A stretch of DNA of 64,000 bases, taken from the NCBI GenBank assembly GCA_000708835.1, contig DF236963.1, positions 62,001 through 126,000 on the forward strand, written 5' to 3'. The position numbers were made by a program, and so were the translations under genes. This DNA is from Klebsormidium nitens. Lineage: Eukaryota > Plantae > Klebsormidiophyceae. Below the pieces are notes generated by a model. That model was given only the letters and a program-made list of their open reading frames with translations, was not told the origin of the DNA and did no database searches. Positions 1-10,900 of this stretch are shown one piece after another (position 1 is the first letter of the stretch; each line of letters starts with the position of its first letter).

Positions 1-72
1 GCCACGTATGCCCAGTTAGCTTTACCAAGCACATGATACAATCTGGTTCATCGATTTTGCTGATCATCGCAG

Positions 73-1889
73 GGCTGGCTTCCGGACCCGCTGCTGAGCA
101 TCAAGGTCCGCAACATTCACAGCGCCAAGCACGGCAGCGACACCCACGTGTACGACTACGAGGGCCGGTGAGGCTCTTGCAATATCGGAACTTGCGACAG
201 TAGATTGCTTACTCACTGGCGTGCCCCACCTTGTTGAAAGAAAAAATCTCTACTTTCTTTTACTTCCTCTCAAAAGTAGACTGCTCACCAACTGGTCCGT
301 CTGCGTTTTGTCGAAGTGCAAGAAGGCCGCGGTATGCGAGGTCTGACCTGACTTCCTTATGAGAAGAACCTGAGGTCCAAAACGGACACGATTTGGCACG
401 GAAGCGACACTTGAGAGTTGACACTTAAGAGTGCACGCCTACGAAGGATGATGAAGCTTCTTGATGCCGAGGCCCCAAAACTACCAGCTTAGGAACTCGT
501 TTAGATAGAAGGTTGTGGTATGCGAGGGTCTTAAACATGCCTCTCGCCTATCGTTGTGGCGAGACATTAAAGATTCATACTAAAGAGCACCTTTATTTAT
601 TCAAGGTCTTATAATCACGATACGGTATAGTGCTGGTCGTGATATGGGGTAGCACCCCTGATTTATTCAGGGTCTTAAATTTACGAAACGGTGTAGTGCG
701 CAGAACCCACTTCCCGCTCTTCCCCGTTCAGACGCAGTCGTTAGCCCCTCGTATCCGTTCAGAATAGCTCCAAAATGAGACCGTTCCTTTTGACGTGCAA
801 ATACTTCGCGCGTTTGCTTGAGTCACGGGACGCTTTCCTTTCTTAAACGTCACTCCGTTTTCGTTGGTGATAGTAACCCAACCCTCCGTTGGCCCCGCAG
901 ACTTATCTTTGAGTAGGGACCTCGATCCTATTTTTGATTTGAAACACCACTCCTCTGCATCACAACCCGTCGCATCCTCTTCTCCAGACTGACAGATCTC
1001 CTATCATGAGAATTAACGTGTGAAACTCAAGGAATTTGCTTTCCCGTCACAACCCGTCGCATCTCCTCTTCCGCCAGGTTCTGCCCCGAAAAGTTTGAGG
1101 CGCTTTTCACCCAGTTCGACCACGGCAACAAGGGCGGCCTCACCTTCGAGGAGCTGCTCGAGATGACCGAGAAGCACCGGATGCCGTACGACTTCTTCGG
1201 TTGGTGAGACGGCATTCGTTCTGCCACTTTTTCGAGCTTTCTTGATTAACACCGCAAAACACTCTCTTGAAGACTTTTCGATGGAAGGAGTACGCGACTC
1301 GTTGCTTCGCTAAGAAAGTTTGCGGCATCTGAAACTCTCGATGGTTTCTTTGCTCGATCAATCAAATCTGCACACACTTCGAACCGAATTCTTACTATCC
1401 CTTGTCCTGTCCTACTTTCGTGTGGCGGATGCAGATGCTAGCAGATGCCCATCGAGACAATGATTGTTTGTCTGATTTTTGTGGTCAGGAGCGGACAGTT
1501 CGACTTTGAAGGGTTTTGAAGTTCTTGATTGGATTGCTCTCCTCGCAGTCGTCCTTACGACGATTGTCAGCCAGTCCTGAATTACGTTTTGGTCCCACTG
1601 CATTACGCGTACTCTAAAGGAATGACGTTACTGCTGCCATTTCTTTTCCTAATCAAAAGCGGCGCATGGATTCATTCTGGGCCCTTCTATCTCCCCCGAA
1701 GTACAAATCCGCTTATACGCCTCTTTCTCGATCCGCAGGATGGCCGAGAAACTAGAGTGGGGCCTAACTTGGTGGCTGCTAAAGGACGAGAACGGTCTGG
1801 TGTCCAAGGAGTCGATTCGCGGCTCGTACGACGGGTCCATCTACTACCGCGTCGAAGCCGCGCGTAAGGCAATGAAGAAAGAGGAATAG
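73..1889 (+). CDS. Caleosin / peroxygenase (3' part; 5' exons lie before the window)
   Basis: Exons 73-167, 1078-1203 and 1739-1889 join in frame through GT-AG introns: GWLPDPLLSIKVRNIHSAKHGSDTHVYDYEGRFCPEKFEALFTQFDHGNKGGLTFEELLEMTEKHRMPYDFFGWMAEKLEWGLTWWLLKDENGLVSKESIRGSYDGSIYYRVEAARKAMKKEE*. This matches caleosin motifs NIHxAKHGSD, EGRF, FDxFGW, KxEW and FDGS. Confidence 0.9.
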
Positions 1890-4303
1890 GGTTACGGGGG
1901 TGAAAAAGGGGTTTGGGGTGAGAATGGGTTACGGGGTTATGGGGGGTTACAAGGTCTGGCAGAGGAGGAGATAAAAAGCGGAACTTGGAGGGTTTGCGAT
2001 TGAGGGGGGTAAAGGCGTTTGGTGGGAAGCTCTGGGGATTGTGAATAGCAAACGTGACGGCTACTTACAACGGCCGGAGACATACGAGGTGAGGGAAGTG
2101 TGATCAAGCAGAAAAAGGAGCGTGACTGAGGAAGAGTGGGTTTCGACGTGTTCGGGTGCTAACCCAATAAAGAAATTGAGAACGATAGCCTGGCGAGAGA
2201 TACGTGAAGTAAGCCAAGGGTCGGGCTTTGGGGCCTCTTCTTCCTTGACGACTGAAGCGACATGCTCGCTCCAGGGAAGGCTGATAAGCATGAGATCAGG
2301 ATTTGCGGCATATTACCCGCCAAAATAGGCTGGTATGCTAATTGTAACGACTTTTTGACCAGGGTGGGGAGAGCACTGGACTCTAGGTGTCGGGACATGG
2401 CACCAAGTTCCATTTTGGGTTGAATCAACCACAGTACAAATTTAGACAGGCAACAGCTGCGTAGACCAGAAGTCGGTAGCTTCTATTTGATATGTAAAGC
2501 CACGCTTAAAGGGTGCACCGGTTGTTCCGTTTAGCGCTCCGTTCATCTACACGTAACCTCAACAAATCAGCAAATGCTAACATGCAAATTTCCGCCACAA
2601 GGCAGATTGATGAAAAAGATAATGCTCATACTTCCGACCCATATTTCATTGAGGCCAATGCTTGTGGAAAGCAGCCCAGAATATTTGTGATCGTTTGTGA
2701 AGCCGTCCACTATACGTTTAGCAATCTTCGGTTACTTGTCGCAACTGACTGCTACTGCTTCGTGTCGTTTCCTCATATTTTCTTGCAGCCGCGTTCATTA
2801 CTAATCGCAGATAATAAACGCTTGTCAGCTTTTGTAACTTGCAGACAATGACAATCTGATTGCTCCTTGTGCACTATGCAACCCGCTTATGAAACATATG
2901 TGCACGTCTCGGCTCATATCGCCACTGTTCATCCTGGTTCTAATTATCATGAGAGGTAAATCAATTGAAACACCTAGTTCTTATATTTGTCATGCGAGCC
3001 AAATTCATTCTGAACGTTTGAAACATTTTGCATTAAAGGGTCGACCGCGTGGCGCATTTAGTGTTCCTTCAGCGTTCTCTTCAATGGCTGATTCCGAGTT
3101 TGCCACGCAAGATCGAGTGACGAATGTGTTTGGCGGACTGATTCAATCACTTCCGGTCTTATAACCAGTCTCTACTGAGTGCGCCGTATGGCCGCAACAG
3201 ATCGAGGCTTCTATTTACTAGCTGACCGTTCATTCCAATGCCCGTCGTTTAGATGTGTGAGACGCATCCAGTCTTCCAGTCGTGCCACTCCGGCAATGCG
3301 CAGAGCCCGGGGCGCAGAGCAAAAGCAAACATTGTACGAGTAGTAGCTGACTGGCATAATAGTACACGTCGTCAACGTCCCCCCCTCTTTGGAGCACATG
3401 AGACAAGTGCAAATCCAGTACAACGGTTTCCAGGCGGTGCATTGGCATGGTGAGAATTGCAAGTTACTGTAGGTCACCTCACATTCGGGGCGATACCTAC
3501 AATGCGTAATCTACTGTCTTTCTGTAGCTTAAACTAGTGGAGAGCTGTGACCCAGCTGTGATTGTCATGCTTGCCCTAGCTAACGGGTAGCATAGCAGGC
3601 GGAACAATAACAGAAAGTAACAGGAAGTGAACGCTCTGCAAGCTTAGCCTGCTTGTCTGAGAAGCCCCGGAGGGGATCCCCCAGAGATGGAAGCCGATCG
3701 GCGATGCGGATTGTCAATCATGGTCGCTCCTTAGTACAGTTCGGAGTCTGGACACTGGTGACGTCGCGCGTGTGCATGTCCTTGCATGTTAGAATTGGGC
3801 CGGCCATCGTACGGCGCGAAGTTTGATACCGCCGACGTAGCTTGATCCAGACCGTCGAAGTCGGGGCGCTTTCCAAGCATTGCGGCGAACTCCGAGGTTG
3901 AGCACTGCATGCAAAATTCCTCATGTCGCCAGCTTTCCGGCTCTCGGCTACCGTAGCTTCTGAATCTCAGTACTGCTTGCCACAGGCTCTATTCTCCATG
4001 ATACCTAGGTACTGCGATGAGATTTAGTTTTCTTTCCGCCCCTTCCTTGCCAGCTGTTAATTTGCTTTGCTTGCTTTCCAACACCTGTTTCCGATTCGAC
4101 ACGTCCGACTTTAGCTGGCAGAGATCAATCAACCCCTTGCTTTTGAAGAGTCTTCCGTCCAGTTTCTTCCACATTTCATCCTCCCCACATTCCAACTTCG
4201 AAACAAGAACTTGCTTAGCAAAGAAGCGCCCTAAACGCAGGCCTATCTTCAACATTCTCGCAAGAAACCGCGCCGCGAACGCAACAAGCTTCATCTCGCA
4301 AAG

Positions 4304-6483
4304 ATGTCGTCTCAGGTAAGCCCTTGTTTGTCTTTTGACCCTTTGACAATGTCATCATAGAGAGGTGATTGATGGGGGCGAAGTAACATTCTGCTGTTCA
4401 TGCAGTCTCCCTTAAGTGCCGGCGTTCTACGCGTTGATTTCAATTTGGAGCGTCATGTCTTCAAGCAGATGTAAGTTTCAATCTGTTGAGGCAGGCAAAG
4501 TTTTAGTTGGTACTGTAAAGGGTTGGCTGGTTTCTGGTTCCTCCTATACGAAATACATGGGGCTTCTGGTTCCAGTTGAGTCAAATTGGTCGTGCATGCT
4601 GCCATTCCAACGAAGAAAGCTTCCGCTCCGATCTGTGGCTGCGTTTGCCTCTTCAGAAGGTCTTGCCTCTGGCTTTTTCTTTTGGGCGTGCAATTTTAAA
4701 GGTTGGATCTCACGTTTGCCTTGGTTGGTGGGTAATATTTGAAAGAACAGTTTCTGATTGTTTGATTGCTTCAGAAAGCCGGAAGCGGCACCATATCCCC
4801 GATAACTTCTTCCTGCATCCTTCTCTCCGTTTTTACCATCTGTTGTGCAGCCCACCTTCTCTCCATTCGCCAGTTTTACCATCTGTTGTGTAGCCCGATG
4901 TAACTCTAGGTTCTCTCTTTCGAGTAGTTCTTAAGTAGTTACGAACTCCCGTTGCAGAAAGTTCAAAAGATCGGAGTCAAAAGAAAAGCATGCAGGGAAG
5001 TTGCAGACATAACAACTTCGATAACCCGCACTGTGCAGTTCCAAATTACTTGTTACCAGGACAAGTGGAAGCCCTTTTTGCGCCAGCCCACTTGAAACGA
5101 GTATTCCATGGCTTTAACGACTGGTCAACCTCTGAGAAAGTCCGTTTCCACAAATTTGTGCAACAACTGCTTCTGTTTTGACACGTGTCGCTTTGGAACT
5201 GCAGGACAAGGTTGAGCTTCAGGGGGGGTCTGGCCCCGAGTATGAGTACCCTACCACTGAGAAGGATGAGCCCGTACCCGTTGTTGGGGTAAGCAGTACA
5301 GTGACTGTTACAGCTTGACGTTTCGAGTCATTAGAAAGATGATAAAGGAGAAACAAGAGAGTTGGCTGTGTCTTTGAACCCCGCTGATCATTGCATAGGC
5401 GAAGCCTTTCATTGTAAAACGGTAAGCGAGATTGCGGAAAAGTTCTCTCTCTTTACCCTGTGTTTTCACCTTGCTTTGACTCCTTTACCTCGTAATCTTA
5501 ACTTACGTTGATTCTGACATTCCCTGTGAGTGGTACAATTTGTTCCCAAGCGGTATTCAATTGCTCGCTTCAAAGCAAGTTTGTGGTTTCTCTTATGGCT
5601 CCTTCGTGCAACATCGTCCATTTCCGCCGGTAAATTTCCCTTTTGCTGCCTTCTCCGAGAGTGCCACCTGTGACGTCAGTACCATTAGTGAAAAATCGCT
5701 CTGACATCACGCATCCGTGTGGCCATCCCTCAACATGAGCTGAAAAGTTCAACATTCTTTGTCGTTCCAATCAATGTCAACGTCTCGGATTCAGTAGTGT
5801 CTGACGTCACCCGTTTCGCGTGGCCTTTTCCAGGAGGGCGAGGAGCAGGGCCTCATGGGCACTCCGGTGGGTCCCGTCGACACCTCAACGGAGGACGTGA
5901 CCGGAAAGAAGGAAACGGAATTGAGCGATGACGCCATCGCCCAAGAGGAGGAGAGGGAGCAGGTAGACAATCGTTTCCCTTTTCACCTTGTTACTGTTTT
6001 GACAGAAAGTGCACACTTCTTTGAATCTACATGTCAAGTGTTCAAGAAAAGAGTGAATTGGGCTATCTGTGCGTTATACAGCTCTCGTGCAGCTTAAGGC
6101 ATCCCTTTAACAATAGGGTGAAAGCTGTACGCAAAAGCATGATACACTGAACCTGTATCGAGAAGCATGATATGTCTTGAAGCTTTTTAAACGACAAATC
6201 TCTACCACGCTCGAAAAGATGATCTGACAAAAGATCGACCCTTGTGCCAATATGTAATCCCCCATTCTGCATTCAGCTTCTCTTGAGCACAAAATAGTCT
6301 GAGAAACGAGTTTGAAGCATTCATTCTCCTTACTTTCAGTAAAGCTGTGCGTTCACGGTTTGACGGTTTGTCTTGCAGCAAGAGGCCGGCACCTTCACTG
6401 AGGATATGACGAAGAACACAAAGCAGCCTGGAGAGGGAACTGGCCCCGACGAGGATCCGGACTACGTCCCTGGACAGGAATAA
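4304..6483 (+). CDS. Hypothetical small acidic, probably disordered protein (multi-exon)
   Basis: Three phase-0 exons with good splice sites: 5205-5288 (DKVELQGGSGPEYEYPTTEKDEPVPVVG), 5834-5962 (EGEEQGLMGTPVGPVDTSTEDVTGKKETELSDDAIAQEEEREQ) and 6379-6483 (QEAGTFTEDMTKNTKQPGEGTGPDEDPDYVPGQE*). Tentative 5' exons are 4304-4315 (MSSQ) and 4406-4470; the linking exon is unresolved. No family recognised. Confidence 0.5.
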
Positions 6484-7338
6484 ATAATGCATAGGAGGGT
6501 CCAAATTTTGGCTGTAAATACGACAGGTGATATTTTGTAGTTCTTGGGTGAAACTGTTTTGATGGTGAGACCGGGCGGTCACTGTAGTATGATGGGCATT
6601 GAGCCTTTGTTAAACTAACTTTGTCAAAATCTGTCAAACTTCATGAAATGCAGTAGCGTGTATGAATCGGCGTCGTTTCAAAACTTTTTCGAGCGGTTTT
6701 TTCCACATCCTGTTTGATATTGTGTGCCATCTGGCATGATCAAGAAAATTAGGTAGAAGTATCCTTTGGATACTACGAAACCACAACTACCGATCACATA
6801 ACTGTAACTACCATACATGAGATGAGGGAAGGGAAGTATATTTGGTGAATCATACCCACGATCAATAGGTAACTTAGGTAAAACCCATAAAGCCCTTAAA
6901 AGGAACAATGTTCTGTACGAATTACATCATATTTGCAATCAGCAGCTCTAACTAGTACGTAGACGGTAATCGGAATTTGGTAATATTGATACGAACAGAT
7001 TTATTAGCTACGCATTTTGAATTTGAAACACTCACTGTCTATACAACAGTAAAAACTGAAAGGCTGACAGTATCTTACTAACTACACGCAATATGTCGAA
7101 GACTGGGCTACAATGCTTGCGGACTTGAGCAGCCCTTTGAATCCCGACAACGTGCACTTACTGTCTGCAACCGTCGGGCAACCACAAAGTCAAATGTATT
7201 AACAAACCCGTCCCGAAACTCGTTTCCAGGTCGGCAACCTGTTTTCAATATCTCCATAAAAGCTAATTGCGTGCAGATGCAGGTTGATATTAGTTGCAAA
7301 ACAGCCATGCTACTCGCCACCTATATATTCGATCATTT

Positions 7339-7502
7339 GAACATCTGCAGAAATCTCTGCATGATCCGAATGACACGGATATACCTCTTGAATGTCATGT
7401 CTTCTACACGTCTATTCGTTCGAACATCTGCAAAAATCTCTGCATGATCCGATATCGACACGGATATATACCTCTTGATGTCATGTCTTCTATACGTCTA
7501 TT
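7339..7502. repeat. Direct tandem duplication, 83-bp unit x2
   Basis: gaacatctgca(g/a)aaatctctgcatgatccga...gacacggatata...cctcttga.tgtcatgtcttcta.acgtctatt starts at both 7339 and 7422. Confidence 0.9.
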
Positions 7503-7997
7503 GAACGAAGGACTGACGAAGGATATCATGCCACGAATCCACGATTCATGCTTCGCAGCGCGTGCACGGAGCAGCGGCATGCAAAGCTTCGAGTACTTAC
7601 TTGGATACCATCACTTTAAAGCGCACGGAAATCGGCATGAAGCTTTTGTGGATCTGCTGTGCATGCACATCAGGGTGCAACAATTTTGGCAGTAGGTTCC
7701 CATCCGGGTTCCTCAAGAGATTGTGTGGAAAGTCTGATCAAGAAGTTCGAATTAACGTATATAATATACGTGCGAGCGAACTAAGAGCTGTAAGAGTCCA
7801 GTCGATGGTTAGGCCCCAGTTGATCCTGATCTACCCCGACCTGTGGTTAGTTGCAACACGACATCCAGCCGCTTTTTAATCTCCCGTATATGATTAGCAG
7901 TGGAGTTAACCTTCTGAGAACTCCTCAATTGACTGCACATAAGCAGCCTTAATGAGCTTCTTTTCCCTTTTTCCCTCTTCCTTCAACCGTCAACAAG

Positions 7998-10900
7998 TCA
8001 ATCCGCTATGTTACACCGTTGCAAATACGGGCTCGAGAAGTTTATGTAGCGCGTCCAAAGCGGCTTGAACTTGCTTATCCCTATCTCTAGCCACGGCTTC
8101 ATGTTGCCGTTCCAGTGAATGACGGCAGCGCGCGCGATTTCCTTGTCGTCTACCCCCGGGTTATACCCTAACCCCAACACGTGCCACGACTTGTCCAACG
8201 GATGCGTGAGGCCGTAGAACGTCATTAACCCGGGGGGGAGCGTGCCGAGCTTCCAAAGAGTGCGGTCCTCGTTCTGCAGAGAACAGGACAACTTGAGCAA
8301 ACGGAATATTGCGGCTGTCAAGTGGCAAGAAAGAGCAGGCAAACAAAATGGAACGGAGCGGAACAGAAGGTAACGGCCTGCTCTATCCCCCAATTAGCGA
8401 CGCACCTGCGTCTGCCAGCGGTGATAGATGCCCGTGATGTCGCGCTCCTTCCATGCGCGCAGGTCGAAGACGTTCATTCCATACGCCCAGCCGCACGCGC
8501 GCGGGTCGAAATTGTCCCGGATCAGGGGGTTGGAGAAGTTGAGGTACTTGTCGAAGCGGTGGAAGCTCGCGCCGCACGTCTCGACGGCGCCGTTCACGTT
8601 GCCGCGCAGGTCCTCGTCCCAGAGGCGGGTCAAATCACGTTGGACCACGATGTCGTCGTCTAAAAACAGAATCTGCACAAAAGCGTAGGGTTTAGAGTGT
8701 TACTACTCATCTCTCTGGATACTCGAGAGCCGCACGTGTCGACGACGCCGTTTCACGTTGCCGCGCAGGTCCTCGTCCCAGAGGCGGGTCAGGTCGCGTT
8801 GCACCACGATGTCGTCGTCAACAAAATCTGCGGAAAAACTTTCTAGGGTTCAGCTTCCTGTGAAGTCTTAACAGTTTACAGGTCCAGAGTTTTGACAGTC
8901 AAAGGCGCACGTCTCGACGGCTCCGTTCAGATTGCCGCGGAAGTCCTCGTGCCATAGGCGGGTCAGGTCACGCTGGACCACGATGTCAAATTCTGTGAAG
9001 AGACTTCTAGGCTCAGCTTCGTCCTAAATGTTGACAGTTAAAGGTCCGAATTTATGAGAATCAAAGGCGCACGTCTCAATAGCGCCGTACACGTTGCACC
9101 ACGATGTCGTCGTCGAAAAACAAAATCTGCAGCGAAAACTTCGAGTGAACGAAAGGTTCTGAAATCCAAATGCCAAAGCTGCACGTCCTGATGGCGCCGT
9201 CGACGTTGCCGCGCAGGTCCTAGTCCCAGAGGCGGGTTAGGTCGCGTTGCACCACGATGTCCTTGTCTTCAATTAGAATGTGAGAAAGAGATTTTAGGGT
9301 TTAGGTTCGGGTTGAGTAGACAATATGAGAAGTCCAAAGTCTGAAATCAGCGGCATGACGGCTCAGATCTTGCAACGTTCTTCGCCCCAAATGCGAGTCA
9401 GAACGTCTTGTCATTGTCTCGGACCAAAATCTGGGCTGAAATTCCAGAACCGGGATTTTAAACCTCCAACATTCAAGCGACATGTCCACGTGGTGTCTTC
9501 GAGATGCTGGACAAGTTCTCGACCAGAAAGCGGGTCGGGTCGTGTCGCACCAAAAGATTGTCAAGGAACTTAATTTCAGATAGGAGTTCTAAAGTTTACA
9601 AGGCTCTGGTTACAAGACTCTGCCCGTCAGAATTTTTTGGGGTACCGCGTTTCTGCGATTCGAGGGTTGCCAACCGGTTGCTCAAAGCCGCCGACCTTCC
9701 GAAGTGCCTTCTCCTTACAGGCGCCTACATCCGAAGTCAAAGCCATTTCGCCGCTCACAAAAGAAAGCAGTGCAACGTTCCCCTCCAAAATCACCAGTCT
9801 CGTTCGAACTACAGAAATTCAACAGAGGTTTTGAAGAAGCACTCACCTTGTCCAGTTTGGGGTATACTTCGGGCAGGTAGAACCGCAGGTGGTTGAGCAT
9901 CGACAGGTACTTTGGGTTGCGGTACTTGAGGTGGGTCGTCTGCGCGGCCCCGTCAGCCTTGAAGTAGTACTCCTACAACGCGGCAACAAAGGAATCAGGC
10001 ACCAGCAGATATCTAAAAGGTTCAGTACCTCACAATGTTCATGAGCGGGTGATCTCAGGTGCCAAAAGCAAAGCGGGAGCAAGTATGGTGCAGGAAATAT
10101 GTAAAGGACACAATAACGAAGGCCTGCGAGCCTCCAATCTGGAACCGCTCTGATGCAGAGAAGTGAATCGTTTCGGTAAGCGGCATAAACGACAATCTGG
10201 ATGAACGAACAGCTCTGCAGCTGGGGTACAAGGACGTAACAGCCCGGCCCTCCTTCCTTTGCCGTAGCAGCAGCCTCATAAGAGGGCGTCCTGGTATGCG
10301 AGACTTTTCAGCGACTAAACAGGGAGATAAGATTATCCGCTTCCTGACTCCGCTGCCACGTGGGCGATTTCGCGGCGCTTGACCAGCTTCAACAGTGCTT
10401 AGCAACAGCCGCCTTCCTCTGCTCGCAGAACCGGCCTTTGCGCCTTCCAAAAGCCGCTTTTACCTAACCAGAGAACCTAGGCCCTTTTGGCGTCTCAACT
10501 CCATGCTCTCAAAGCGAACTCCGTCCATACCCAATAAGACGGACTCGCCAATCCAATTCCAAGAAATCACGCCGAAAATCCACAAGTAAAGAACCAACGC
10601 CTTTCCGACAATCCGCCCTGGTTTCAAAACGGATGTTAGAAAGTGGAACGGCTGCGAAGTGCGATTAGCAGCTCAAAATCTCATGAAACTCACTTTCATA
10701 CTCTCCGGCTCGAGCTTTCAGGACCGGGCACTATATCCCATTGCCCCGCAACACTCAAGACACAAAGCCAGAAGAAATTTAGCCAAAACCGAAACAAATA
10801 AGACGCCGAAACTGCGAAACTCGAGACAGGTATAAGTAAAATAAAATAAAAAATAAACCTCAAGCCGGTCACCTTCATACTCTCCGACTCGAGCTGCTTC

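Noticed and set aside
3718-4294. Possible two-exon minus-strand gene (ORFs 3989-4294 and 3718-3924)
   Set aside because: Splice phases fit, but there are no recognisable motifs or codon bias and it abuts the start of the plus-strand gene; not supportable without transcripts.
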